From Paraspadella gotoi (Eukaryota; Animalia; Chaetognatha): a stretch of DNA of 64,000 nt. The stretch is from the NCBI GenBank assembly GCA_051294375.1, contig CM119265.1, positions 1,601,248-1,665,247 of the forward strand, written 5' to 3'. This document shows, piece by piece, positions 12,590-54,528 of the stretch (positions are counted from its first letter, which is position 1; each line of letters starts with the position of its first letter). The notes under the pieces were generated by a model. The model was not told the origin of the DNA. It searched no databases and saw nothing but the letters and a program-made list of their open reading frames with translations. The position numbers and the translations under genes are program-made.

Positions 12590-14638
12590 GCTCGGTGTTC
12601 TGCTCCAGCGTAATTGCCGAGACGGACGCCCTGGCTGTATCAGAAAAACCCGCTGTGATCCTGATAGCCCAACAGACATACTGGGCATTGTGCTTGCCGC
12701 CTTGCAGCCCTTTCTCTCTCCCACGGGCCCTTAATGGGCCATCTTCGCCTTTGCAGACGACTGACCATTCGACCGTGTCGGGGGTGTCTGGCAAAAGGCC
12801 GAGTTGCTGGCAACGAAGTCCCAATCATTGCGCAGCCCCAGTTGAAGTCTTCTTCCAAATCATCGGGACGGCAGAAAAATTCCAACGCTGAAGAAGAAAC
12901 AAGAAAAAAAAAAAACTCGTTTGAAAATTAAATAAAAAAAAAAGTTTCAAGACAAAAGAAATACCGCGTGACCATTTAAAAGCCCGCCGCTATAAAAAAA
13001 TTCATATGAAAAACGCGTAGAGATTTAACATTTGAAAAAGATATATGAAGACAAAAAAGTACTCATTTCTTATGTATAAATTTTCTGATAATTGTTTTTA
13101 TTTTTTGAGTTCGTAATGAGCGAAAAAGATGAGGAGCAAAATTCTAGATTTTCAATCAGAAATAAAAGAAATTCGTACCTGGAATTGATGACTTTTGTAA
13201 TTAGTGCTAATATGGGTATCATAAGAAAGTCCGTTAAGAATGATCAGGGAATATTTATTATAATTTCTAAAAAGTAATATACTTTGCCATTGACTATTGT
13301 GATGGGGATTGAGAGAAATATTAAAAGGTAAATAATAAATGTATAGATTAAAATAAAGATGATAGGGCAAGATAGCTTTTTTATTAAATGAATTGGATAA
13401 TTTTTATGTTGTTTGAACCAATTGCATATATAAAAGTATATCTAATTATATAATAATATATAATACATTTCTATCTGTGGTCTTATCCTTTTCGCAGAGG
13501 AAATCAAACCGAGAAAGGAAATCGGATCAACGACTCGAGTAAAAATCCACCGGAAGTCAAATATTTAAATTAATATTACGTAGTTAAATATTTATAAAAA
13601 TTCTATTCGGTCACATGTCTACCAGTAGAAAACATAATCAAAATGCGCTTAATTTTATCTCATATCTTAATAAATACTAGTAAAGATTACTAATACAGTA
13701 TCCTTTGTTTGAAAATAAGTTTAATGGAGATGAGAGAAAAGTTTTACATTAAATTTACACTGCAAAGTTCCAAACATACCATCACGGAATAGACCTATCC
13801 GACGGACCATGTCGGCCTTGTGATGTGATCGCTCGTCTCCTTCACGAATCATCAAAACCGACCAATCACAGACCTTATTTCACCTTAGACCGACCAATGA
13901 ACGACAGAGAGACTCAGGGGTCGATGGCCGAGATTGTCGAGGGATCTCGAGAGATTCTCTACAACATCCAACCTCAGAAGGCAACTCTTCTTCAATTAAA
14001 TATTTTTGTCATCACCTTTGAAGTAACCTTGTCATCGTGTCGTCATTACATTCGCCATCACCTAATCATTGTCCGTCATTATAAAACTATGTCAACCCTC
14101 GTCATTTTATTAAACTTCTACGATATAATATAATATTCTTGATAGGTTTAGGCTTTGTCGTCGCGCATTGCATATGCATAAGTTCGCCCGCCTGAAAGCA
14201 CGGTGGCTCACTGAGTAAAGCCATCGACCACATAGGTACCGGGGTTCAATCCAGCCCGGTACCTTCATCCACAGCTTAACCAGATAATCACTACCTGTGA
14301 GGGCGCAACGCTGACGTCAATTTCATGCCAATGAAAATAGGAAATCTGGATTGTCCTGCCTCATAATAAGGCTGCGTCTTTTGAACCCATTGTCCTTTCC
14401 ATTCTCAGTGGCTGACAATGGAGTGCTGGAGAATTTGGTCCGGTTGTGAGGTCGATCGCTTCACAGTAGGCGGCGGGGCTTTGTGATATTCATATTGTTA
14501 ATGGGTCACATTTTTTGATCGTTACAAATCTATCTCTCTCTTTTCTCTCTATCTATCTATCTATCTCTTGGACTTACTTGGACATGCCGCTTCTGAGGCA
14601 ATAATGAGGACAGCGCCGAAAAACAGAAGACTCAACAT
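12590..14638 (-). CDS. Putative small secreted Cys-containing protein (exon 14638-14578 plus exon from 12887, frameshifted)
   Basis: MLSLLFFGAVLIIASEAACP signal-peptide-like exon with GTAAGT donor (phase 1) joins in phase to the acceptor at 12887 (TLEFFCRPDDLEEDFNWGC); downstream frame ambiguous. Confidence 0.4.
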
Positions 14639-15682
14639 TTTCGGTCGATTGAAAGAAAAAAAAAGAGTCGCTGATTAAAAAACAAAAAGAAAGTTAGTAT
14701 TATATCTCTACTATTTACTATTACTATTATATTTATTTTTCATTTACTATTTACTATTAACTGACACAAAAGGTTTAATTCTCTCTTTCTTTGTAACAGG
14801 CCAAAGTAAAGGGACACACAGATATTCAGAGATAAGAACGGACAGACAATCTCATATCTATCACTAAAGTCTAAAATATTATTTTAAGGAGTCACCAACT
14901 TACAATTTTATATTTCTATCATAATTTCTCGATCGTTAATAATATTTTTGTAATACAAAGTGAAAGTTAAGCTTTTAAAGAGACTCACCGTGAGCCGAAA
15001 GGAAAAAGAAATATGACCAGAGAAAATAGAATTAGATTCTTTGACGACTCGGGGATTTCCTCTTCCTTTTTATACATTTTTATTCCTTATCTCTCTCTCT
15101 CTCTCTCTCCTCTTCCTCTCCTCTCTGCTCTCTCTCTCTTCTCTCTCCCTCTCTCTCTCTCTCTCTCCCTGGATGTTTTTCTTTCTTTCCTCCCCCATTC
15201 TTCCCCCTCTCCCTCCCTCCTTTTCCCTACCCCAGGGCCTTCCCTTTCGTATTCCGTCTCGACCACCCTCTCCCCATTTTTTGTTGCGCCGCGCACACTC
15301 GGTCGGTCTGTCGATCTGTAGGTCTGTTCCACTACTTAAATGCATATAATTTTCTATAGTTTGGTTGCTTCCTTTTGTTAAGACAGAAAAAGAACCTCAA
15401 ATTAAGTGAACTGCAAGCGCCGCCTTCTGGAAATCTTAAAAACTAAATAGAATTAAATAGAATTATGTAGTAATGTTATGATCACGTCATGTCACGTGAT
15501 GTCAAGTCACGAGAAATACAAGTGATAAGGAAGTCACTGTGGCGCAACACATTGAATCACCCTTCTTGTTTTTATTAAATTCCGTATTTTTCTCCGCCAA
15601 GAATAAAACGGGCCTATATTCTCTCGGAACGCCCCTTTTCATCTTAAATCTGAAATTAAGATATTTATTGGCTTAAAGATTA

Positions 15683-18600
15683 CGGTTAGGATTAAGGTTA
15701 TGATTAAGTTTAGGGATTAAGGTTAGGGATTAAGTTTAGGGATTAAGGTTAGGGATTAGGTTAGGGATTAAGGTTAGGAATTAGTTTAGGGATTAAGGTT
15801 AGGGATTTAGGTTAGGGATTAGAGTTAGGGATTAAGGTTAGGATTAAGGTTAGGGATTAAGTAGGATAATTAGGGAGTTAGGGATTTAGGGTTAGGGATT
15901 AAGTTTATAGTGATTAGGTTAGGATTAAGTGGATTAAGGTTAGGGATTAAGGTTAGGATTATTGATGAGTTAGGATTAAGGTTAGGGATTAATGTTTAGG
16001 GATTAAGGTTAGGAATTAAGTTTAGGTGATCTAAGGTTAGGGGTTAGGGTTAGGTTAGGGTTAAGGGATTAAGGTTAGGAGATTAAGGTTAGGCTCAAGG
16101 TTAGGTATTAAGGTTAATAAGTTAAGTTAGTTTTAGGGATTAACAACAGAAATGTGGCGCTTTAGGGATGGAGAGCCGAATGAACTCGAACTAATTGCCC
16201 CCACCCCCCAACCGGCTTCAATTCTGTGTCGCTGCTTCAAAATTCAGTCGCCAATAAAAGTATTTATTTTATTTTAAACGAGAAGATAAGTTTTGTTTCA
16301 AACTTAAGATAAGCAAATTTTGGATTCGTGAAAAGTATTTCTTACTTTCATTATCTTCATATCTTTCTTCTCTTTTCATTCGCATTACTTTTCTTCTTTT
16401 TCGCCTTCTTATCTTCTTTCTTTTACTTTCTTGTCTTTCTATCTTTCTATTTTTCTAACTTTATTTCGTTCTCTGTTTCTTTCTTTCTTTCTTTTTTTTT
16501 TCTTTTTTTTTTATTTTTTCCCCTTTTTCTAATATTCTGTCTCTCTTGTAGCTAGTAGCTAGTAGCTAAAAAAATAGTATAATCTTGTACCAGCCCTCCA
16601 ACAAATGATTCAATGGTTGCGCCGCTGTGACGTTATTTTCATGTGTATTTCCCTTTGATCACATGATATGACATAAAAATGACATGCACTGCATCGATTC
16701 TTTTATTCCTTATAGTTTCAGCAGTCCTTAGATTGAGGTTTTTTCCTGTCTTAACATTAACAAATAATCAACGAACAAGAGGCGATTCTTTGCAGACCGA
16801 CCGACTGACGACTGAGTGAATTATCAAAAATAAAAGTCAAAACTTTTATGTTCAATTAACTCATAAACTGCGAATAACAACCGAGAATTTTTATCATAAG
16901 AAAATACACATTTTTTGATTTCGTCGGTCGAGCACTTTGAATTTTTTGACTCAGTTCAACTTTGAAATTTTTAATCTTACTTCTTTCAACACTTCTTTCA
17001 TTAATTGATTTTTTTCATTCATTACTTTCCTTTTTTGATAGCATTAGTTATTAATAATAAAAGGAGATTTGGTTGGGTTACTGATATGTTGTCTGCGGTT
17101 CTTGGTCATTGTGTTCACTTGTCATAAACGTTTGATGTTGCGGCGGACCGCGTCGTGGAAAGCCTCGTCACGTCCGGCGCCTTGGGTCCGGCGGCGTCGG
17201 TCTAAGAGTCAGCGGCGTTTCTTTGTCGTCCTCGTCGGCCGGCGTTGATGGACGGGAAGGAAGCCAGTAGTTTTTGGTGGCCATGGTCAATTGCTCATTT
17301 GTCCGGGAAATAGTCAGGGAAAGTTTTTTGTCGAATTTGCTTAATTTCTTTTCTTTATTCTTATTTTGTGGATGAGTTTTTAGCTTCTTTTTAGTCGGAT
17401 CTGCTTATCAGCAGATCCGACTCTATAATTCGCTTTGTCGGTCCGTCGGTCCGCCCCACAATCTTGTCGGGCATTCACTTATATGATTTCAGAATATCAA
17501 ATTATGACAAATTATGCAAAAAAACGATGTCCGTCCCTCCGTCCGTCTGTCCGTCCCAATTTGGCAAAAAACTCGCAATTGCTCGTGATTGGATGGATGG
17601 ATTAAAATGAAATTTTGTATGTGTGATTGAGCTGGATATGAAGTTTCGATGGAATCGTGCGAGTGGAAATGAGTTGAAATGGAAAACCAAAAAAATATAT
17701 TTCACTATTTGAACGTCAATTACTCATGAGTGAATGGGCAATTGACTTAAAATTTTGTATGTGGGTAGGAAAGTGTGTGATTAAACTGGAAATAAAGTTT
17801 CGATGGAATCGTCTGAGTGGAAATGAGTTCGTATATCGTTTTAACAATTGGGAAAACTGTTTGAGTCAGATCTATCTGAATGGTGATAACTTGGAAGTTA
17901 TTTCAATTGGTTTCTCTAGTACTAAGCGAAATATATGAAAGGAAAATATACTTTTTTCTGAAAACTTCTTTTATTAAACTAATTGAAATCTGAAAAACTA
18001 AAACAAAGAAACGAATGGATCTGTGAATGTAAAAGCAGCGAAAAATCAGCTAAGACTAAGTGACAAGTAATAACTTTTAATTACACTGGATTAAAAAAAT
18101 AAAATAAACTGGAAAAACAAATCTCGTCCAAAAATGACGATCGTTCGACTAAGATATTGCTTTCATTTTAAAATTAACTCGAAAATAACAAGTAAAACTG
18201 TTTAATTAATATAAGATAGATAAGTGAGATCTGTGCTTTTTAATTCAAAAATGAACATGAACATGTGAATATAATATAAACAAATAAAGTGACAAGAACT
18301 CAACGCTATCACTTATCATCAATCAATGATGAAAACGGTGGAGATTATCAAAATTATCATTACATAACAGATAGATACACATGTGTATAACACGTCTATT
18401 CGAGAAAAGAGGGTCTAGTAAAAGAGTCGCTGTAATTTCATTCACATCTCACGAATCCCAACCGTTCACAAGGTTCACTGCACGGTTGGTGAAATCTCGA
18501 GTGAGGGAACGATTGACCATAGTCGCTGAAGTTGAAGTAATTTTGGGTGAGCCTGTGGGCTGACGGGGTCGTCGGCGTTGGGAGAGCCTTTGGCATCGTG

Positions 18601-20370
18601 GACGGATACGTCATCTCCATTGCGCAGACGAGGAGCCCTTTGCTGCATCTGCCTGCTGAATATGCCACTCAGCCGTCCTCTGCATTTGCGCAGAATGATC
18701 TATATATTGTTGGGCCAATTGGTGGATCTGCTGTGGTTAGCCTCTTGCATATTCTGTTGAGCGAATTTTAGCTGCTCTGCTTGCTCCGCTGCTCTGCTTG
18801 CTCCGCTTTGTCTTTAAATGATTCATTTCCGCGGGAGGAAGCTGCGGCGTCTAAGCGTCTTGGAAACGCTTTGATTGGCGCCGGTTTCGTGACTGCGTGA
18901 AATGCGGCGCCGCCGGACAGAGCTGGGGTCGAATTTGGGCGCGGTAGACGAAGAAAGACGCCGCCTAATTGGGTGTTGTGAAGATGATAGTCGAGGATGT
19001 ATTCCGGCGTCGTCGGGTGCAGTGGAGACAGCTGCCGCTGCTGCGTAAGAGTGGGCGTCAGCACCGGACGGCGGCAGCTGCTGCGGCAGATGAGATAGGG
19101 CAACATCTGCGGAGACGGCGGTAACCGCGGAGGCGACAACTTCGGCGGGATTGTATGATGTGATTTATTGAGAAAAAAGCGCGAATAAATGGCGATAATA
19201 AAAGTTTTTAGAAGGAAAAAATAATCAAAATTTTTCAAAAAAACGAACGATCACGCAAAAAATCGTACAGAGAGAGAGAGAGGCCGCTGTGCAGTCACTA
19301 CAGAGCCTGAACTCGTTTTTAAACGATTCAGAAAAGGCAGGAAGAAATAAAAGAAAGACAAAAAAAAAATGTTACAAATTGGTTATAATTGGAAATTGTT
19401 ACAATTTTTTCCAATCATAGCTTGTAAAGATTTTATTTTATTTGTATTAAAATTAAGATATAGCTTCTCATTAAAAAGGTCTTTTGATTTCACAGTTTTT
19501 TATTGATTCAAAGATTTTTTTATGAATTTCATCTTCAATATTATTTACTGCAGTATGTGAATTAGATTAAAGCATTTCTATATAGTATTTTGGATATTAT
19601 AATGAGTACTATATCTCATTTGCATATTACAGTAAATCATAATAAAGTGGAAATTGTCAAACAAAAAATACTTGAATCCAAATGTAATATAAAAATTTCA
19701 AAGCTATTTCAAGATGAGAAGCCATATCTAAATTTTCAAACTTACTATGATCGCACGCTTTATAAAACTTTATCGTACTTCATAATAATTTTTATTTTAA
19801 AAAAACGACGACGACGACAACGAATCACAAGAAGATAACTTGGAAGCCTGCTTCTGAGGGAGGGTTCCCCGCCGACGACGATTCTGGCCATAATTGACCT
19901 GTCCGCTGTGGACCTGCAGGCGCTTGGCCGGCTTTCCTTCTGCGCCTGATTGATGTAAGGCTTTACTCTGAAGACCCCTTCCAAGACTTCCTGCTGGTGA
20001 AGGAAAAAGCTGAACCTTCTCCCCTTGGTCTGGCGGACGTCGGGCAGCTCCTCGAGGGGGCACTGCTCGTCGACTGCCGTCGGAGAGGTTTCGCTGCTTG
20101 GTTCGACATGGTGGAGGAGGCGTTGGGGATTTGAAATTTGTTGGCGGAGGCGAATGAGAAAGAGTTCGAGCGCGCGACGAAAAGTTTCCTTCAAGTTTTA
20201 CTCGTTAAAATAGCGAGCGTTTTATGAAGAGAGTTAATTGTTTTTAAATTGATGCGAGCGAGAAAGAAATTTAGTCTGAGAGAGAGAAGTTTAGTTTGAA
20301 GCGAGATTAGATTGAGTGACGATAGCAAAAGAGCGAAATATTGAATAGAATCAAAGATATTTTTTTTTCC
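15683..20370 (+). repeat. Direct duplicate of ~1-5265 (telomere-like array, flank, homeobox)
   Basis: Near-identical apart from many 1-bp indels; differs by absence of the ~2620-2875 repeat and of ~3262-4150, and by an extra ~500 bp at ~18550-19070. Confidence 0.9.
19828..20194 (-). pseudogene. Second copy of the homeobox exon with frameshifts (pseudogene or sequencing error)
   Basis: RRFSFFLHQQEVLEGVFRVKPYINQAQKES then the frame is lost; DNA nearly identical to 4708-5091. Confidence 0.7.
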
Positions 20371-20594
20371 AATTCAGGAAAATTAATTCGTGAACGAAAA
20401 AAAATTGAGAAGAAAATTTGTTTGGAATTTGTTCCGTTAATCGTGTCGGGTCTTATATATGGGAGAAAGTATGAGGTGAGGAAGGAGAGAAAAAGGGGAG
20501 ATACAGAGAGATAGGAGAGAGAGAGAGACAGAGAGAGGGAGAGAGAGTCGATCGCGGCGACGATGACGCGCGCGGTGACTTCCTTACGGGTGGA

Positions 20595-20660
<66 letters not shown>

Positions 20661-20727
20661 CAATAGACAATATTAATTACTTGCGGCTTTAGGCACCTTG
20701 AGGGCCTTTAAAAGCTACCTATTTCTC

Positions 20728-20793
<66 letters not shown>

Positions 20794-23144
20794 AAGGAAC
20801 GCGGTTTTTGGTCAGCGTGAGGAAATTTTGCGGCAAATCGGATGGAAGGTGGAATCGACGTTTGGTTCTTCGACGACGACGAAAACGACGACGACGAAAA
20901 CGACGACGACGAAACGTTCTAGAGACGACGATCACGAGAGCGCCAGTGCGGTGGCGGCGATGGCTGAAATGGCGGCGATGGCTGAAGTGGCGGCGATGGC
21001 GAAAAGTGGCGGCGGAGTGGCGGAGGGTTAAGCGGCGACGGTCGGTGGCGTCGCGACGCCGTGCGCCGTCGAAGATGACATTAACAGTGCGAAGTTGGCG
21101 CGCCCCGATGACGGAAAGACGACGATGACAAGACGAAAGACGACGACGACGATGATTATGACTATGACATTAAATTCAATCAACGAATGTGATTAACTTA
21201 TATGTTAGTTGTCTGGAGCGTCGATATACACTCTTAGTGCACACATATGTATAGCTAAATAAAACTGGTATAGGTAGTTTAATTTTTAACTACATTTTAA
21301 ACTGGGCTGGGTGAAAGTTTAAGCTATACTAAGCAATCAAGGTCGGGTGGGGAAAAATGTTGGGTGTGGAATTCGTGATTCTTCATGAAAGTTCTTCTTT
21401 TTGCCCATCGCCTGGTACGAGATATTTGAACTTTTAATTGGGTTACCTTCTCTTAATTTACCATCTGTTTAGACGATTGATTTGTGAGACGATCTACGAT
21501 TCAATTCATTCAATTCAATTCAATTCAATTCAATTCAATTAAATTCACACCTGACGTCATTAAAATCGAGGGACATCGGCCATCGCAAAATCTATGATGA
21601 AGGAAATGAAGATTAAGCAATTAAGCATTAAGCAATTAAGCATTAAGCAATTAAGCATTAAGCAATTAAGCATTAAGCAATTAAGCATTGCTAAGAGCGA
21701 GGGCAATCGATAGAAACATCGACAGAAAGACTCAGATATCGATCAGTCGCCTTGCTTGTCAATACGGAATTTAAGGAAAAGAAATAAAAAAAAAAGTTAT
21801 ATAATTACAAATATTTGCGAAAGGGCAAAGAATAAAATTAAATTTAGATCCCTATTCTCCCTTTTTTAGGTTTAGTCGCGACATATTTTCATTCTCATTC
21901 ACTATTTAACCAATTAAATTACTTTCGTGATAGGATTTGTTATTCGTCAAATTTAACTTCACTCAAACTCAAACTCACTTCAGCTAAAAATCCTGATATC
22001 TGAATGCCGAAAGGAAAGAGATCGGATTGGCGAAATGCTCTTCGATGCCCCCTTGCCGTCTGACGGAGTCAGGATCGGGATCGACAAAAACGACGATAAT
22101 TTGAACGACGGATTAATTGTTTAGGGTTTCGGTTAGGGATAAGGTTAGATTAGGGGATAGAGATTAGAGTGAGGGATTAGGGTTTAGGGATTAGGGTTGA
22201 CTTTCCCTACGCTACTTTTACAACAAAAAAACTCTGACTTGCTGAGGGACTAAACAATGGAGGAAGCAGTTGCGACGGTGAGAGCGACGACGAAAGGAGT
22301 GACGCATAAAGCGACGATGGAAGCAGCAAAAGAGACAAGTTTTATGCGTGTGTTTTAGTTCGCTGCTTCAGGAGCCGCAGCAAGTGGGCATCGGTGAAAA
22401 AAAAAAACAACAGTAAACTGTCTTGTCCACTTTGCCCTTGCACTCAACCAATTCCAATATGGAAACAATGTATCCTCTTCCACTCTTTCTCTCTCTCTCT
22501 GTAAAAAAAGTTTTAATAATCCATAAAATTATATATTAATATTCTATATATCAAAAACAAATTGTCTGAAGGTATAAACACGAAGCAAAATAATTGGTTA
22601 GTTTATTTTATATCAACAAGATCGGTCCATCCAATGTTTTGCGCCGCAGTGGATAGAACAGATAGAACAGATAGATAGGTAGATAGATAGATAGAATAAA
22701 CAGAATTTTGCATAGATTAACTCTTTTTAACTCTCACGTACAAGGTCCTTGTCAAGGAGAACCACGTGTAGCGACCTAAAAAAAATGGCTACAGTGTAGT
22801 GACGTATTATCACTACCCATCGGATGCGAGCTTTTAAAATTCTTTTCATCTCCTAATAGCAGAAACATAAATTAATCGAAAAGACATATAACAAGTTCAA
22901 TTATTAGTGATCATTTCTTTTTTTTTTTATTCAAGTTGGTATAATATTTAAACAAACATTGGTAACCACAAGCCAAAAAAAAAGTTTGCAACAAAACAAC
23001 ATTTTCTCGTGTTGATCATCAACTTTAATCGTTGTTCATATGATGTTTTCCTAAAACGATAAAAAAAAACAATTATGAGAATTAAAACATTTTTAATTAA
23101 CATTATATGAAATAGAATAAAACTAAAATAGGTAGTAAGATTAC

Positions 23145-50298
<27,154 letters not shown>

Positions 50299-51599
50299 TA
50301 TGAAGATTTAAGACACAATGGAATCACGAAGGACGATAAATAACGATTTTTAAGATATTATGGGGGTTTTTTTTTTGTTTTGTTTGTTTTTTCTTCTGTC
50401 AAAAATTTTCTGCTTTACAAAATTGGGAACTTAATTTTTTTTATATATTTTTAGTTTTAAATATTTAAAAAAAATCTACTTCACTATTTGAACGCCAATT
50501 ACTCCTTCGTGGAAGGGGCGATTGACTTGAAATTTTGTATATTTATTAACTAATTATTTGATTAATTACCGCTTATGATCGTGGGCAGATCCGGCATTGT
50601 TAGCTAAAGCTTGTTTTATTTTACTTTCTCAAATAATTTACTTTTTTTTTCAAACATTCGATTTCGAAATTTTACTAAAAAAAAATCGAGGCCGAAAACA
50701 ATTTTTTTGGAGTTTTTTTTTTTTTTTTGGTTTTGTTTTTTTTCATGCAAAAAAATCGATTTCTTCAACACGAAACACAGTGAATCGAAATAACACACTC
50801 GACAAACCATATATATTTTATTTAACACAGTGAATTTTAATTAACTTTTGTGCGATATTTATTTTTACTTTTAACGATGGATAAAAAAGTGAAAAGAAAG
50901 TAAATACAAATTCTTTTTTTTTCAGTTTAGAACCAAAAAGAAAAAGTTTCCTTCCCCCGACACCTTTGACCTTCTCTTCCTCCTTTTCTTCTTCCCTCTT
51001 CCTCCTTCCATTGAATTTACCTGACGTCGATCCTTCTCCTTTCTCTTGTTTCCCCCCCATAGTTTTGATTTCGTGACCGGATCATTTTTGGGCAAAAACT
51101 CATTTCATTCTCTTTTCTTTTTATTTTAGTTCATTTTCGTTTTTCCTCATTTCCATCTCCCGTTAAAAAGGAGTTCAGTTTCCTTTCAGCTTCGATTTCT
51201 AAATCCTGTTAAAGATTTTTTTTTTCATTTCCCGGAAAATAGCCTGTTTTTTGTTTTTTGTTTTTGTTTTTTTTCCCTCTTTCTTTCTTTTTTGAATTAA
51301 ATGTAATGTAAGGTACAAATACGATTTATTATTTTATCTACTATGTGTATATAAAGTATAAAGTATAAATAAAGTAAGGTATTTTCATCCGAACCTTCGT
51401 AACATTTTCTCTTCATCATTTAAATGTAATTTTTAAAATTGCATTTTCAAAATAGTCAACATAATTGAGAATTTTTAACCCCAATTTTCCCTTTAAAAGT
51501 AAAAAATAAAAAAATTTGAGCAAACAATGTAGGATCTGCCCTCGATCATTAGCGGGAATTAATCAAACATTAGTGAAACAGGTTTTTTGTTTTTTTCCA

Positions 51600-52040
51600 T
51601 TTTCCACCCAGACGATTCCATCGAACCTTGATTTCCACCTTAAGCACACACTTTCCTACCCACATACAAAATTTTAGGTCAATCGCCCCATCCACTCATG
51701 AGTAATCGGCGTTCAAATAGTGTAATTTTTTTTCTTTTAAACTCATTTCCACTGGCACGATTCTATCGAAACTTCCCATCCAGCTCAATCAAACACTTTC
51801 CTACCCGCACACAAAATTTCATTCCAATCCATCCATCCAATCACGAGTAATTAGAGTTTTTTGCAAAGGTGGGACGGAGGGATGGACAGACAGACAGACA
51901 AACGGACGGACGGACAGACATTTTTTTTTATCATAATTCGATGTTCTGAAATGATATAAGTGAATGCCCGACAAGATTGAGGGGGCGGACCGACGGACCG
52001 ACAAAGTGAAATATAGAGTCGGGAAGCAGATCCGACTAAT
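51600..52040 (-). mobile_element. Inverted copy of the DINE-1-like repeat at 1675-2260
   Basis: Reverse-complement similarity including the GGAC/AGAC microsatellite and 'tgaatgcccgacaagatt'. Confidence 0.65.
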
Positions 52041-52237
52041 GACGCATTCCCTTCTTCTCTCTCTCTTTCTCTCTACTTTCTACTTCTACACCTTTAGGCT
52101 TTATATCTCGGAGCCAAAAGACAAATAAACACCTTTTGTCTCATGGGACAATCAATGCGAATATAAACGCGAATGCTTAGAACAAAGGTGTTGAGGAAGT
52201 TTTTTATGAGTTCTATTTTTCGAATCTAAAATTAATT

Positions 52238-52275
<38 letters not shown>

Positions 52276-52509
52276 TTTAACACGTGATAAAAGCATAAGT
52301 AAAAAATAAAGACGGTCATTGCGTCTTCATGTCATTTCATGTCATTTCATGTCATTTTANNNNNNNNNNTTACTACGCCTTAGTGAGCATGCTTGTTAAC
52401 GAGACCTATGATCTGGCATGAAGGAATGGCTGTATAGAATAAGTGATATAAATAAACTAATTAGTTCGGATGATGAATGAGAAAAAAAATTAAATGTTAG
52501 ATATTAATT

Positions 52510-52668
<159 letters not shown>

Positions 52669-52749
52669 GAAAGCCGTGTTAAATTATTAGGAATACTAAG
52701 ATCAACCACTAATCTTACAATTAATACTAATACTAATTCTAATTCTAAG

Positions 52750-54118
52750 TGCAAACCTTTTTCAACACCCCGAGTCGAAGAGAATCTCGGCCGCAACGAC
52801 GACGACGACGACGACGCCAAACTGACGTCTATACTCGGTGAGTAAATCGTGTCGTGCCCGTGCGAGTGATCTCTCTCGTGCCCGACTTGTCGGCTAGAAT
52901 CACCGAACTTTCGCCCGACCACGAATTCTCTTTCGATCTTGGTCGGCGTCGATCGAGACGACGAAGGGCCGACGGCGTCCGGCGTCTGCCCGACAGAATG
53001 AGGCGGTGGCCTTTCCTTCGCTTGGCCGACAGAATCAGTTGGCGGTTTCTTCGTCGGCTGCCCGACAGGTTGAAGCGGCGGCCTTCCCAGCAGTTGACCG
53101 ACAGAATCGAATGGCGGTCTCTTCGTCGGCTGCCCGACAGAATGAGGCAGTCTTTCTTGCAGTTGACCGACAGAATCGAATGGCGGTCTCTTTGTCGGCT
53201 GCCCGACAAAATCAGGAGGAATTTGTCGACTAGAATGACCGACGGAAGATAAGAGAGAGAAGATTCTCTCCTCCCACGTTGTTGTTGTTGTTGTCGTCGT
53301 CGTCGTCGTCGTCTTCATCGACTCGTTGCCATGGAAAGGACGCCGACCTCGAGCGCCGACTGGACGCGACGCCGGAATTCGACGTCCCTTTGGAGTGGAG
53401 GGTCGAGGCGGCGTCGGCGGCTGCGTCGACGGTTGCGTCGGCGGCTGCATCGGCAGCGTCAGAGTCGGCAACGTTTGATATGACTGCTGCTGCAGATTCG
53501 GCGCCGGCGGCGGCATCTGCGACGTCATCCAGGAAGTCATTGGTAACGTCATCTGTGGCGCCATCTGCAACGCCCTATCAAATTCCTGCCTTCCCTGTTC
53601 GATCATCACAAAAGACAAAGGACAAGGGATTTGAGGACAATCCAAACAACGACATGGATTATCGGCGCAAGGACATTCCAGACATGGTTCGGTATCAACG
53701 ACATCAGGACAAGAATCTTTGTCCTTAGAGACAAAAGGAATTTCTTCGTTGTTCCAAAAGAATCCTTCGGCCGACGATGGAGTGAATGAAGTAGTTTTCA
53801 CCGGCGCCGTTTCGTGTCGACTTTCACCGTCGGAGGGCGCCGTTTGGTGTGTTTCGGGCATCTGTTTCGAAGCTGTTTCCGTCGTAACATTAGCTGTTTC
53901 GCACGAGGCCGGAACTGTTTCGGACGCTGTTTCGTGAGAACTATAACTACGAAGCGATTTTGTGAACCCCGGCGCCGTTTCGTGATCCCTTCTAAGAAAC
54001 GGCGCTGTTTCGTGAACGCCTCTAATAAGCGGCGCTGTTTCGCGAGTCGCGTTTCGAAAAAACGGCGTCGCTGATAAGGACTCACTTTTGGCGTCGTAGT
54101 TGAAGTTTCGTTCCGGTT
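52750..54118 (-). CDS. Large low-complexity exon of unknown protein (HETAP repeats, Cys-Pro cluster, SVGQ repeats)
   Basis: GC-rich frame open for ~1.3 kb from an acceptor near 54118, in phase with a donor at 54794; CLECPCADNPCRCLDCP and about seven SVGQxxxRPP repeats; true 3' end unclear. Confidence 0.55.
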
Positions 54119-54194
54119 CTGTTTTTTTTGTTTTGTTTTTTTTTTAAGGGTAAAAAGTTTTTCTATAAGTATCGAGTGACATGTAAATCTTTTT

Positions 54195-54378
54195 ATGGTG
54201 GACTAAAATCCACCAACCAACGGTTCGTTACCCGAGGCTGCTTAGCAATTAAGAGGGACGGGGCGCTTAACCCGCCTGTAACGTGGTTATTAAATCTCAT
54301 ACGAAGCTCATGGACATTGGACAAGCTTATAATTAACGGTTCTGACATTAACTTATAACAGTTAAATCTGTCTCTTAA
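54195..54378 (+). mobile_element. Solo LTR of family A, diverged and internally deleted
   Basis: TATGGTGGACTAAAATCCACC...AAGAGGGACGGGGCGCTTAACCCGCCTGTAAC...CTGTCTCTT. Confidence 0.8.
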
Positions 54379-54465
54379 TAAGTCTTTGCATTTATTTTTT
54401 TTTTTACTTTTTTTGTAAAAATAAGTTTGAGTTTATTTGCAACAACGATTTTATTAGTACATAAG

Positions 54466-54508
54466 GACGTACATGTTTCGGCTTTAGTTACAAGCCTTCT
54501 TCAGCGTC
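54466..54508 (-). ncRNA. Minimal type I hammerhead ribozyme (mirror copy)
   Basis: Reverse complement of 54529-54571. Confidence 0.85.
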
Positions 54509-54528
54509 ATAGAAAACAATTTTTCTAT

